Origin: Macrostomum lignano
Taxonomy: Eukaryota
Direction: 5' to 3'
Length of the DNA stretch: 64,000 bases
NCBI GenBank assembly: GCA_002269645.1
Contig: NIVC01001375.1
Location: 238,626 to 302,625, forward strand
In this document: positions 49,600 to 63,190 of the stretch, in pieces
Numbering within the stretch: the first letter of the stretch is position 1
Layout: every line of letters starts with the position of its first letter
Notes under the pieces: model-generated
Seen by the model: the letters and a program-made list of their open reading frames with translations, nothing else
Database searches by the model: none
What the model was told of the DNA's origin: nothing
Program-made: the position numbers and the translations under genes

Positions 49600-49715
49600 G
49601 GCCGCTGGCCAATGACTGAATCCGTGGGGATTTCTGGCCGCCGCCCTCCCCGCCGCCCGCTCCCCCGGCCATCCACTCCAGCCTCTCCGCCCCGCCTTCA
49701 CCATCGCGCCCTCAA
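49600..49715 (+). promoter_or_regulatory. GC-rich patch with CCAAT and GC-box-like motifs; candidate NK4 promoter
   Basis: GGCCAAT followed by CCGCCC/CCCCGCC runs about 600 nt upstream of ATG 50271. TSS not established. Confidence 0.35.
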
Positions 49716-50270
49716 CCGAATTAGCAATTGTTTACCTTAATTCCTGTTCCAGAGGTATATCGACTTTTAGCGATCTATACCTGCTCCCCGCCATCCAGTT
49801 CCAGACTCCCAAGCTTAGCTTCGATATATAAAAACTTTGAAAGCCCAAGCGACAGACCTCAGTTTCCGGAACACAACCAACAGCTTGCTAAAAATTTGCC
49901 CCTCATCACTTCCAACTCAATTTGATTGGCAAATTCAACACAGATTGATCTGCTTTATATTTGTCCTTTGTTAAGATAGAATCCCAAAGCCACTCAAAGC
50001 GGGATTTATATAACCCTGTGGCTTCCCCCAGTCTCTCTTTAGCCACTTGTCTATTCCCCATTCTCGAGCCAAGGCCTGAACCTCTTCAGATCTTAGAGTG
50101 CCCCCTTCAAAGTCTCTCGAATATATTGGTAGTGGAGCGACCTAGATAGCCTATTATAACAAAAATAGACCCTTTAGCACACTTAACTTCTATAAGCTAA
50201 GCTTGCATAGAAATAGTATAAGGACTTAATATTATCATAATACAACTATCTATCCGTATAGATAAGGGCG

Positions 50271-53200
50271 ATGGAGAGTCTGGCATCAGCTGATCCGCAA
50301 TATTGCTATTATAACCGGCCGCCGGCATATAATACCGACATCTCATGCAGCGCAGATGTCAATGTTGACGCCTACAAACTCTACCAGCCTTATCATCAGT
50401 TGTTTAAAGCTGATAGCTATCCTGGCAACGGTTGCTATGGATACGGCTACCAGCAGCAGCATCAGCAGCCTCATCATCAACAGCGGCAGCATCCGTGGTA
50501 TTCATACTATGGAGCAGCAGCAGTCGCCGCAGCTGCCACAGCCTCGGCCACCGAGTCCCTCGCGATCCAGGACTTGTCAATGACTGCCGGGCCCGAGACT
50601 GCCTCTGTTCATGACGGTGAGTGCGAGTTTTGCTTGGTCTGAAACCTGCTAGGATTAGATCTGATACCTGCTGGGATTAGAAATGACACCTGCTGGGATT
50701 AGAAATGACACCTGCTGGGATTAGAAATGACACCTGCTGGGATTAGAGATGACACCTGCTGGGATTAGAAATGACACCTGCTGGGATTAGAGATGACACC
50801 TGCTGGGATTAGAAATGACACCTTGAGAAATGGCACCTGGTATTAGAAATTACACCTGAGATTAAAAATGACCCCTGGAATTAAAAATGACCCCTGGGAT
50901 TAAAAATGACCCCTGGGATAAAAATGACACTTGGAATGAGATATGACACCTGGGATTATAAATGGCACCTGGGATTATAAATGGCACCTGGGATTATAAA
51001 TGGCACCTGGGATTATAAATGGCACCTGGGATTAGAAATGACACCTGGGATTATAAATGGCACCTGGTATTATAAATGGCACCTGCTATTATAAATGGCA
51101 CCTGGGATTATAAATGGCACCTGGGATTATAAATGACCCCTGGGATTAAAAATGACCCATGGGATTAAAAATGACCCCTGGGATTAAAAATGACCCCTGG
51201 GATAAAAATGACACCTGGAATGAGATATGACACCTGGGATTATAAATGGCACCTGGGATTATAAATGGCACCTGGGATTATAAATGGCACCTGTGATTAG
51301 AAATGACATCTGGGATTAGAAATGACACCTGTGATTAGAAATGGCACCTGGGATTAAAACTGACACCTGGGATTAAAAATGACACCTGGGATTAAAAATG
51401 ACATCTGGGATTAGAAATGACATCTGGGATTAGAAATGACACCTGTGATTAGAAATGGCACCTGGGATTAAAACTGACACCTGGGATTAAAAATGACACC
51501 TGGGATTAAAAATGACATCTGGGATTAGAAATGACATCTGGGATTAGAAATGACACCTGGGATTAGAAATGACACCTGGGATTATAAATGGCACCTGGGA
51601 TTAGAAATGACACCTGGGATTAGAAATGACACCTGGGATTAGAAATGGCACCTGGGATTAGAAATGACACCTGGGATTAGAAATGACACCTGGGATTAGA
51701 AATGACACCTGGGATTAGAAATGGCACCTGGGATTAGAAATGACACCTGGGATTAGAAATGACACCTGGGATTAGAAATGACATCTGGGATTAGAAATGA
51801 CACCTGTGATTAGAAATGACACCTGGGATTAAAAGTGACACCTGGGATTATAAATGGCACCTGGGATTATAAATGGCACCTGGTATTATAAATGGCACCT
51901 GGTATTAGAAACGACACCCGTGATTAGAAACTTCGCATCATAAATTCGAATCCAAGCCACTGCAAACACTCGAGCCAAAAAAGTGAAAGGTACAATCTGG
52001 ATCCATACTTTACAGAGTCTCCGTATCCAACGTTGCCAGTGGTTCAGCAGCAGCAGCAGCAGCAGCCCGCCGGCCCCAACAGGGACCGGGTGCCCCAGTC
52101 CATCGGGGGCTCGGTCATGGACACTGCCTTGTCGTGGCGACCCGGCTTAATCCTGTCGTCGGCTCCCGCCGGTTGCCGGCGGCAGGAGAACCAAAGTGTC
52201 CACCCTTCGGCTGTCGACAGGGACACAGCGGCTGCCTGCGTCCCTGCCCCCCTGCTGGCAGGCAGGCGCTCCGACTCGGCTGGGAGTGCGACCGACCAGG
52301 CGCCGAAGCCAGGGTCGGCCGGTCCAGCACTCGCCCCAGGCGAGGCTGCGTCTGGTCCCTTGGCTGACTCGTCTGGGATGACGTTGGCGTTGACTGGCTC
52401 CGGTGGGAGGATAACATGCCATGCTCCCACGCTGGCAGCAACCACCCTTCTGGAGTCCAGGATGATGCGTGGCTTGTCCCCTCCCTGCCCGGCGTTCGGA
52501 GGCGCTTCCTGGCAGGCTAGCCCCTTACAACAACAACAACAACAGCAGCAGCAGCAGCATGAGCACCTGAGCCAGCTTCAATCGATTGATTCTCAAACTT
52601 ATCCGATGATCTACCAGACTCATCATCAGCAGCATCTTCAACTTCATCAGCACCGTCATCACTCCAGCCCTCTCGATCAGGTCGGGCTGCCAACTTCTTC
52701 CTCTAGAAGAAAAATCGGCGAAGTTGCAGCAGCCGCCGCCGACACGTCCGCCGAGGCATCATCCGGAGACAGCGTCTGCCGCGCCATCAGCAGCAGCTGC
52801 ATCAACCGGAAGACCGAAGACCGGGAGCTGGAATTCGGGGCCGAGTCCCCGGTTGCCAAGGACACCAGCGCTAATCTGGGGAGCGGCGTGGTACTTCGAG
52901 CTCAAAAATCGAAACGGAAGCCGAGAATTTTGTTCTCCCAGGCGCAGGTGTTCGAACTCGAGCGGCGGTTTCGGCATCAGAGATATCTGAGCGCACCGGA
53001 GAGGGAGCAGCTGGCTGCGCTGCTCAAGATGTCCGCTCAGCAGGTGAGGGTGCTAGAGGGCGTGCTAGAGGGCGTGCTAGAAGGTGTGCTAGAGGGTGTG
53101 CTAGAGGGTGTGCTAGAGGGGTTGCTGGAGGGCGTGCTAGAGAGGGTGCTAGAGGGTGTGCTAGAGGGTGTGCTAGAGGGTGTGCTAGAGGGGGTGCTAG

Positions 53201-56200
53201 AGGGTGTGCTAGAGGGGGTGCTAGAGGGCTGCTAGAGGGTGTGCTAGAGTGTGTGCTAGAGGGGGTGCTAGAGGGTGTGCTAGAGGGGGTGCTAGAGGGG
53301 GTGCTAGAGGGTGTGCTAGAGAAGTGTGCAACAAAAAATTCTGATTTAGTTTGGGCATATTTTTGTTCAATAAGCATTGAACGCATAAAACAGCTGTGAA
53401 TTTGATGAAGATTCAACCTGTAGCCCCCCGATCCCCTGAGGCGATTTTATCGTTGAAAAAAAGCTGGCTATATTTGAGTATCGGAGTAGCGAGCCACTTT
53501 TCATGATGAGAAAAAAAGGCGGTTTTCAAATCGCAGTTGCTATGGGCTTCATAAACTGTAGGAACTTATCAGTTGTTTTTTTATTGTCCTATGCTCCACA
53601 CTAACGCATCAACTGATAGCTCAGATATGGATGAAGGTTGTTAAAGTAAATAATTTGTGCATATGAATTGAAAGATATGCAATGCTGATTAGACACGGGT
53701 TTGCATTGAAATCAGATTGAGAAGTTGAGTTGAGAAAATTGCCTCAGGCAGGCATGGATTTTTGGATTTTGATTCGAGATTTGATAGAATTCAGCTGATA
53801 AATCAAGGTTTGAAAAAATTGAAAAAAAAACTGGCCATGAAAGCGCTGGATAGCCGGCTGGTGAGAGAGTTTTTACGCTAGTGGATGGGGGGAGAGAGGA
53901 GATGAGATCGAGAGATAAGAGAGGGAGATAAGGAGATAAGTGAGGAGATAAGATCGAGAGGGAGATAAGAGAGGGAGATAAGAGAGGGAGATAAGAGAGG
54001 TAGATGAGAGAAGTAGATGAGAGAGGTAGATAGGAGAGGTAGATGAGAGAGTTAGATGAGAGAGGTAGATAAGAGAGGTAGATGAGAGAAGTAGATAAGA
54101 GAGGTAGATGAGAGAAGTGTAGATGAGAGAGGTAGATAAGAGAGGTAGATGAGAGAAGTAGATGAGAGAAGTAGATGAAAGAGGTAGATAGGAGAGGTAG
54201 ATGAGAGAGGTAGATGAGAGAGGTAGATGAGAGATTTAGATGAGAGAGGTAGATGAGAGATTTAGATGAGAGAGATAAGAAAAGTAGATAGGAGAGAAGA
54301 GGGAGAAAAAATAGGATAAGAGAAAGAGGCAAGAGAGGGGGATAGAGGGGAGTTAGATGCAGCACTGATCAGGGACATATAATTTAGCAGACAATAACAA
54401 GCCAATTGTCTACCTGTAGCCTGTACGCTGGGTTCTTGACCTATTTAGCTCAGTCCGGGTCAATCATACCGCCTGATCTACCCAACCCCAAGCAATAAAA
54501 TAACTTCAAACAAAAAGACTCCCTCTGGCTTGTAGCAGGCAGAATGCATTTTGTTTTCATTACGAATTTCGGGGGGTTGGGGGAGTTTTGTTTAGATTTA
54601 CTCTATAGAGGCCTAGGCGTACTGTGTCTAAAATCAACTAAACAAGATAGTAAATGATATCAGCCATACAGTATATATGCCGCCTTTTTGATAGATATAT
54701 GACCACAGATGGAGCCACGCGAGTTTGGGACCGGGTTACCCGGGTAGGGTGGAGGGAGTTTGGCTTTTTGATTTAGCCTTGTTATCTGTTTGATAAAAAT
54801 ATTACTTTCCTGGAAGTGTTTTACTGCGACCCTGTTTCTTTTAGTAGGGTTTCTGATTTTTATTTGGAATTTTGTTCTGATCAATTGTGAGTGAAGAAGA
54901 ACGTGGGAAAGTGGGGTGGGAGAGGGTGAGAGAGAGTGAGAGAGGGTGAGAGAGGGTAAGAGAGAGTGAGAGAGGGTGAGAGAGAGTGAGAGAGGGTGAG
55001 AGAGGGTGAGAGAGGGTGATGGAGGGTGAGAGAGGGAGAGAGGGTGATAGAGGGTGAGAGAGTGAGAGGGGATAGAGGGTGAGAGAGGGGGGGAATGAAA
55101 CAGAAGAGACAGTGAGAGCTGCTGTGAGAGAGAATGAGACAGAAGAGACAGTGAGAGCTGCTGTGAGAGAGAATGAGACAGAAGAGACAGTGAGAGCTGC
55201 TGTGAGAGAGAATGAGACAGAAGAGACAGTGAGAGCTGCTGTGAGAGAGAATGAGACAGAAGAGACAGTGAGAGCTGCTGTGAGAGAGAATGAGACAGAA
55301 GAGACAGTGAGAGCTGCTGTGAGAGAGAATGAGACAGAAGAGACAGTGAGAGCTGCTGTGAGAGAGAATGAGACAGAAGAGACAGTGAGAGCTGCTGTGA
55401 GAGAGGATGACAGAGGGGTAAAAGAAAAGTGAAAAGAAAGCCGTAAGCAAGCCCAGCATCACATGCGCAGTAGAAGCCGTGCCTACAAAGGCCATAAAGA
55501 CGATTCATACAGTTATGAGCATGCTGGCAGCTTGGGCCTGCCAGTTATCAGTGTCGCAGCCAAATCCACGAATCGATTGCATCACACGGCACATAACTGG
55601 CTCTGCATGTCTTTGGGGTCACTTGTTAGAACCACATTAAGCTGTTAAAGCTTGCGGCTTAATAGCCTGGCATTGTGTCTTTGCGCGAATGTCAGAATTG
55701 CGCAATCCGGTGTTCTACACACTGTCTATGGCTGAAACCCCGTCCCGCCTGCGGGCTTCCATCAAAAGGCCACTTGTCTGAGATTATAAAGAACCGCATG
55801 CTGGGTCTTAGGTGTCTATCTGGTTACATCATCGCGCGGGTCGTTGCAGACTCGAAATATACTTACTGAAACAATAAATAATGCTTTTCAGGATGAAGTT
55901 CAAGATTTGCCTAATTGGACACTGTAGCTTTAGGAGTAATCTGACTCTTCTATTACAATTGCAGTCCTCCGGTCCTTTCTTGATTTACCAGAATTGCTCT
56001 CATTTTTTGTTCATCATTTACTTCACGCTCACTATTTCTTTGCATTCCTTCTGGCTCTTCAAATCTCACCATTCTCTTGCTCCCTTCCTCTCTCCCTTCC
56101 CCTCCCTTCCTCTCTCCCTTCCCCTCCCTTCCTCTCTCCCTTCCCCTCCCTTCCTCTCTCCCTTCCCCCCCTTCCTCTCTCCCTTCCCTCCCTTCCTCTC

Positions 56201-58769
56201 TCCCTTCCCCTCCCTTCCTCTCTCCCTTCCCCTCCCTTCCTCTCTCCCTTCCTCTCCCTTCCTCTCCCCTTCCTCTCCCTTCCTCTCCCTTCCTCTCCCT
56301 TCCTCTATCTCTTCTTCTCCTCTCTCCCTTCCTCTCTCCCTTCCTCTCTCACGTCCTCTCTCCCTCCCTTCCTCCTCTCTCCTCCCTTCCTTCTTACCTT
56401 CATTTCCCCTTTCACTCTATCATTCCCTCCCTCTCTCCCAAGGTAGAGCTGGAGACAGAGCTTGGGTCAGTGCCACTAGAAGCTTCCGCAGACTACCACA
56501 CCTGCCGCCCAGCGTCAGCGCACGGCTGATGAATCTAATAGCAATTATCCACTGACTTGCGGCTGGCAGCTTCTTCAGGAAAATTGATTGATAATCTGAA
56601 ACCTACTACAATAACTGCGGCGACAATTGGGCTGGGTTAATTAACCTCTCGAATCTCTAAGAAATCGCCTAGAAACCGCAAATTGCGGGTCAGTGGTTAT
56701 GGTCTGACAAAAACAAAAATCAAAGATCTTGAAAGCTTGAAGTGATTATTTGATGAAATTAGTTTTAGGCTGACCAAACTGCAACTGACTGACCTGATTG
56801 ATTGATGGATTAACGACTCCAACCAAAGCAATTTTCTAAGAAACCGCCTGTTGAATCCGTCGAATGGGAGAGCAATTTTTTGTTTGGTTAAAATTGCCAG
56901 AAGACAATTTGGGCAGAACAAACATTGACAAGACTAAGAAATCTGAATAATTTCTTTAACTTTCGCCTCCCTCTTGAAAACTTTCGCCCTGAAGGGTTGG
57001 GCACTTCAGTGCTGGCCCACGGCAGCTAATGAATGATCATTCTTGCTGGAATATGGGCTGGAATTTCCATCGGCAGGCGATAGAAGAAAATCTTTCAACG
57101 CTCAAGTGGTTGTTCTGGGCTCCCGCTGACCGACTGGAGCCATCAGAAAGTTTGATGAAGCTCAGAAATATGGGGAGAGAAATGACCTGGTGTTTGCTTT
57201 CCTTCTCCTGACTGTCAGCTGGGAACTGCTGTTCCACTATGGGCACTGATTGCAAACAGAGAAATCCAGTTTGTTAATTTCATTTAGTGAGGTCTGAACT
57301 CATTCAGGTGGTCTGAACTCATTCAGGTGGTCTGAACTCATTTAGGGTGTTTTAACTCCTATAGGGTGTCCTCAACTCCCTCAGGGTGTTTTAACTCACT
57401 CAGAGTGTCTTAACTCACTCAGGGTGTCCCAACTCCCTCAGGGTGTCCTGAACTCACTCAGGGTGTCCTGAACTCACTCAGGGTGTCCTGAACTCACTCA
57501 GGGTGTCTTAACTCACTCAGGGTGTCTCAACTCACTCAGGGTGTCTCAACTCCCTCAGGGTGTCCTCAACTCCCTCAGGGTGTCCTCAGCTCCCTCAGGG
57601 TGTCCTGAACTCACTCAGGGTGTCTTAACTCACTCAGAGTGTCTTAACTCACTCAGGGTGTCTCAACTCACTCAGAGTGTCTTAACTCCCTCAGGGTGTC
57701 TCAACTCCCTCAGGGTGTCCTGAACTCACTCAGGGTGTCCTGAACTCACTCAGGGTGTCCTGAACTCACTCAGGGTATCCTGAACTCACTCAGGGTGTCC
57801 TGAACTCACTCAGGGTGTCCTGAACTCACTCAGGGTGTCTTAACTCACTCAGGGTGTCCTCAACTCCCTCAGGGTGTCCTCAGCTCCCTCAGGGTGTCCT
57901 GAACTCACTCAGGGTGTCTTAACTCACTCAGAGTGTCTTAACTCACTCAGGGTGTCTCAACTCACTCAGAGTGTCTTAACTCCCTCAGGGTGTCTCAACT
58001 CCCTCAAGGTGTCCTGAACTCACTCAGGGTGTCCTGAACTCACTCAGGGTGTCCTGAACTCACTCAGGGTGTCCTGAACTCACTCAGGGTGTCCTCAACT
58101 CCCTCAGGGTGTCCTCAACTCCCCCAGGGTGTCTCAACTCCCTCAGGGTGTCTCAACTCACCCAGGGTGTCTCAACTGGCGTCCCAACCATCACACCGAC
58201 CTCCCCATCAGGTGAAAATTTGGTTCCAAAACCGGCGCTACAAGGTGAAACGCCAACAAGCCGACAAGTCTGTGGAGCTGCAGGCCGCGGCCTACAACCA
58301 GTGCCGGTTCCCAGTCAGCAGCAGCTTGCTTCGCGAAGCCATTGCCTCCTCTGCAGCCGTCTCCGACCACGTCGACAGCGGCGGCGGCGACGGCGGCGGC
58401 CAGGCGTCGGGCAGTTTCGGCAGCTACGCAAGCGCAACCGCGGCGGCCATGGCGGCGGCAGCGGCGGCGGCGGCGGCAGCGGCGGCTGCGTCGGTTTCAG
58501 TCGCCGAATCGTCGACAACAACTTCGGGTAGCGACGCGGAGGCTGTTGCAACTTCCGCGTCGGTCAACAACAAGCTGGTCGAAACTGACGCTCTTCATCA
58601 ACAGCATCCGTATTTGAGCAGCCAGCAGCCGCCTCCACCGCCGCCTCCATACCACCAGGCCGTGTCTGCGGCGGCCGCCATGCAGCATCATCAGCATCAT
58701 CAGTATTCAACAGGTGTCCCCGCCTATTCAGGTGCTGCAGCAGTTCACCATCTGGGTTGTCAGTGGTAG
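50271..58769 (+). CDS. NK4: NK2-class homeobox gene, NK4/tinman/NKX2-5-like, ~643 aa; exons 50271-50616, 52016-53043, 58212-58769
   Basis: Homeodomain [44 protein letters not shown]|[15 protein letters not shown] has the NK2-diagnostic Tyr54 and the NK4-type RKPR..QNRRYK. DKSVEL follows the homeodomain and the protein ends in W. Phases 1 and 0 sum to 1932 nt. Confidence 0.88.
50643..51930. repeat. 22-bp then 19-bp minisatellite (CACCTGGGATTAGAAATGA) filling NK4 intron 1
   Basis: Direct reading. Confidence 0.95.
53047..53322. repeat. 12-bp GTGCTAGAGGGT minisatellite starting at the intron-2 donor
   Basis: Direct reading; produces the VLEG tail of ORF 52033..53235. Confidence 0.93.
53885..55100. 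repeat. Two GA-rich low-complexity tracts (53885-54360 and 54915-55100) in NK4 intron 2
   Basis: Direct reading. Confidence 0.9.
55093..55405. repeat. 39-bp minisatellite x8
   Basis: GAGAATGAGACAGAAGAGACAGTGAGAGCTGCTGTGAGA, period 39. Confidence 0.93.
56075..56440. repeat. CT-rich polypyrimidine repeat
   Basis: Direct reading. Confidence 0.9.
57290..58180. repeat. 20-bp minisatellite AACTCACTCAGGGTGTCCTG ending ~30 nt before the exon-3 acceptor
   Basis: Direct reading. Confidence 0.95.
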
Positions 58770-58904
58770 GACAGCTGCTACTGTCCAAGGCGCTTGGATG
58801 ATTCAATGAGGTTCTTGGGCGGCTCATTGTCGTTTGGAAGGGTCATTGGAATTTTTTCTTAATGATTTGCATGCAAATTGACTGCTGGGTGGCTCATTGA
58901 CCCA

Positions 58905-59600
58905 GATATAGCTCAATCAATGACCCAATGATCCAGATAAAGCCCAATCAATGACCCAATGACCTAATGACCCAATGACCTAATGACCCAATGACCTAAT
59001 GACCCAATGACCCAATGACCCAGATATAGCTCAATCAATGACCCAATGACCCAATGACCCAATGACGCAGCTAAAGCCCAATCATGACCCAATGACCCAA
59101 TGAACCGATGACCTACTGACCCAGATATATCTCAATCAATGACCCACTGACCCAGATATAGCTCAATCAATGACCCAGATACGGCTCAATTAATGACCCA
59201 ATGACCTAGATACTGCTCAATCAATGACCCAGATACAGTTCAATTAATGACCCAATGACCTAGATGCAGCTCAATCAATGACTCAATGACCCAGATATAG
59301 CTCAATCAATGACCCAGATATGGCTCAATTAATGACCCAGATACGGCTCAATTAATGACCCAATGACCTAGATGCAGCTCAATCAATGACCCAATGACCC
59401 AGATATAGCTCAATCAATGACCCAGATACGGCTCAATCAATGACCCAATGACCAATTCAGCTCAATCAAAGACCCAGATACGGCTCAATCAATGACCCAA
59501 TGGCCCAGACATACTCGTAGCTCAACGTCGAATTATGACCCAGTATATGACTCAATCAATGAGAATGACCCAGATATAACTCAATCAATGACTCAATCAT
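58905..59600. repeat. AATGACC(C/T)-based compound repeat downstream of the NK4 stop
   Basis: 8-bp core units interleaved with AGATATAGCTCAATC spacers. Confidence 0.9.
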
Positions 59601-61879
59601 CGCAAGAACTTTTTAGCCATTTAAATGTTTAGAACTTTTCGTCGGATTATTGATTTAAAATATTTATTGATCTATTTTGCAAATTGCAACGCACATTTTA
59701 ACTAAGCAGTTGCGCTATATGAGGCTAAATTAACATACTTTGTGTAAATTAATTTTTCTGACCATAAAAAAACGAATTTTGCTGTTACATGTACATGTAT
59801 CTGCATGATGACTTGATTGTAAACTGCACCCTCTTGCTTGAACTTTTGTTATAATGTAGTAATTTCTATACAGACCTAGCTGTTCTCAATTACGTGTTCA
59901 TGTGCATGTACAGTATGCTAAAAGCACTGTACGTTTATCTCAAAACTATCTCCTACTATGCAGTGAATGTTTGCAGTTATAAAAAATATCATATAAATGT
60001 ATGTATATAAAAATGGTTTATACATGTCTTAATTAATTGACATGATCCCGTTACATGTATTTCTCAAATCGTGTAAAGATGTCAGTGTTGTTTGATAAAT
60101 GCCATTGGTTTGCATGTGCTGTAAATATAATATACTACTTATACAAGTAGCAATAAATACATGTAATACCATGCATTGCATATGCAGCAGTATTAATACA
60201 CTGTACACTATATGAATTGCTTTGACTTTGAATTCGAAATTTGATGACCTCAATTAAGGTTAAAGTTTGACTAACAGCTAGAGACCAAACTAGCTGGATT
60301 CACACTGGATTCTAATCGAAAACGAAAAATTATAACGAAAAAATCCCTTTTGCTATAGGGAAACAGCCTTTTTAAAAAAATTGAGCCGTACGTATATATC
60401 TCTGCACAGAACGCCTCAGAATGTCCTCCCCTAAATCTTTTTCTATTGGTCTCAATTGTACTCTTATTGTACATGTAACTTTATAGCCAGCACAGCTTTA
60501 CTGTGTAACCCGGCCTTACTGTGTACCTGTACCTGCACAAAACGCTGCAGGCCATACCGGCGAGGACAGGCGCACAATCGGCGTTTTGTCGACTGCATGC
60601 GTAGCGGACCGCACCTAATTGTCCTAGGACTGTTATGAACAATTACCCCATCAATTAGTAGAACAGTAAAGGAAAAATTTAACCAAATTTAACAAAAAAA
60701 TACATAGTTACAGGAAGTCACGAACGTTCTATGCAGGGCACACCTGCACTTATATGAGCGACAGTTAAACGAAAAAAATAGTAAAACAAACGATTTAGGT
60801 TAATAATGTAGTAAATGTTTTATATATAACAAGACGCATAAAAAATAATCTTATAAAATTATTAAGTATAAATCTTTCTTAAGTATTTTATTTGTTAAAT
60901 TCATGAGTAATCAAAGCTTGGTATTAAAATTTGAAATTGTGACTAATTTTTTTCGAATGGAATTTTCATATGTGCATGTTCTTCGTCGTGACTCGTGCTT
61001 TAGTGCTGTAGCCTGTAGTACATCACTGATTCACTGTACATGTGTTGTGTTGACAGCTTTGACAGTCACAGCGGCGTTGGGAGGGGGGATGTTGGGATGT
61101 ATTCCCCCGAATAGCCTAAAAAAGTTTCGTCTGTTTTCTAGCAATTTCTTATTTCTTTTTCGTTTTTGTTCTCCATAGACCATAGGGGATGATAAGGCCG
61201 GCCAAGGCGGCCTTAACCTCCTAACCCGATAAAAACTTTTGGCGGCCTATTGGCGGCTTTTGGCTAGCCTTCTAAATTTTATTGATTTATCAATTTTTGT
61301 TTTGCATTTTATTAACAACAGCTAATGCCTAAAGCTACTGACTAGGGTTTTGCAATAGACATTTGCTTGGTAATAATTTATTATTAATGATGATACCAAA
61401 ATTTCCTTGCAGAAAGGGATACACTTGATCAGTTTCAGTTTCTTTTTAGTAATCCTAGGTCTAGACTTTTTAGTGCATTATCCTTTGCCTTTGGCTTTGT
61501 TTTAGCTATAAATATCTAAGTAGCTTAGCTGTCTGTAGCCCTAGGCCTAGCTATTCAGAAACTTTTAATGCTTAATGTACTTTTTGTTTATTGGTAGCTA
61601 TATATATATATTTATCGATTAAGGTAAAATTGTAACCTTATTTTTACTTTATAAAATAATTACTTGTTTGTAATAGAGCATCTGTTTTTTATCTAATATT
61701 TAAAGAAAGATATTTTAGTTATTTAAAATCAATATTCTTTTTTATATAAGAAATTGTTATTAAATAAATAAATAAAACTAAATGTTTGTTTAAAACTTTT
61801 TTACAAAAAATCAGAAAATTCTAATCTAATGAAAAATATTATAATAAAAAATAATATATAAAGTGTCTTTGCCTGCTCA

Positions 61880-63190
61880 CTGCTCCTGAAACCTCCCCTA
61901 ATCAGTTACAAAAATCGCCTCTTAACTGCCCCTGAAATCTCCCCCAATCAGTTAGAAGAATCGCCCTCAACTGCTCCTGAAATCCCCCCCCCCAATCAGT
62001 TAGAAGAATCGCCCTCAACTGCTCCTGAAATCTCCCCTAATCAGTTAGAAGAATCGCCCTCAACTGCTCCTGAAATCCCCCCCAATCAGTTAGAAGAATC
62101 GCCCCTCAACTGCTCCTGAAATCCCCCCCCCAATCAGTTAGAAGAATCGCCCCTCAACTGCTCCTGAAATCCCCCCCCCCAATCAGTTAGAAGAATCGCC
62201 CTCATCTGCTCCTGAAATCCCCCCCCAATCAGTTAGAAGAATCGCCCCTCATCTGCTCCTGAAATCTCCCCTAATCAGTTAGAAGAATCGCCCTCAACTG
62301 CTCCTGAAATCCCCCCCCCAATCAGTTAGAAGAATCGCCCTCAACTGCTCCTGAAATCCCCCCCCCCAATCAGTTAGAAGAATCGCCCCTCAACTGCTCC
62401 TGAAATCCCCCCCCAATAAGTTAGAAGAATCGCCCCTCAACTGCTCCTGAAATCCCCCCCCCAATAAGTTAGAAGAATCGCCCCTCAACTGCTCCTGAAA
62501 TCCCCCCCCAATCAGTTAGAAGAATCGCCCCTCAACTGCTCCTGAAATCCCCCCCCAATCAGTTAGAAGAATCGCCCTCAACTGCTCCTGAAATCCCCCC
62601 CCAATCAGTTAAAAGAATCGCCCCTCATCTGCTCCTGAAATCTCCCCTAATCAGTTAGAAGAATCGCCCCTCAACTGCTCCTGAAATCCCCCCCCAATAA
62701 GTTAGAAGAATCGCCCCTCAACTGCTCCTGAAATCCCCCCCCCAATCAGTTAGAAGAATCGCCCCTCAACTGCTCCTGAAATCCCCCCCCCAATCAGTTA
62801 GAAGAATCGCCCCTCATCTGCTCCTGAAATCTCCCCTAATCAGTTAGAAGAATCGCCCTCAACTGCTCCTGAAATCCCCCCCCCCAATCAGTTAGAAGAA
62901 TCGCCCTCAACTGCTCCTGAAATCTCCCCTAATCAGTTAGAAGAATCGCCCTCAACTGCTCCTGAAATCTCCCCTAATCAGTTAGAAGAATCGCCCTCAA
63001 CTGTCCTGAAATCCCCAATCAGTTAGAAGAATCGCCCTCATCTGCTCCTGAAATCTCCCCTAATCAGTTAGAAGAATCGCCCTCAACTGCTCCTGAAATC
63101 CCCTAATCAGTTAGAAAAATCTATCATCAACTGACCCTGAAATCTCCCCCAATCAGTTAATAGAATCGCCACTTAACCACCCCTGAAATC
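61880..63190. repeat. ~44-49-bp minisatellite AATCAGTTAGAAGAATCGCCCTCAACTGCTCCTGAAATC(C)n with a variable C-run
   Basis: Direct reading, ~28 copies. Confidence 0.95.

Noticed and set aside
60279-60455. Possible MITE with GAGACCAA inverted ends
   Set aside because: Only 8 bp of inverted match and no TSD.
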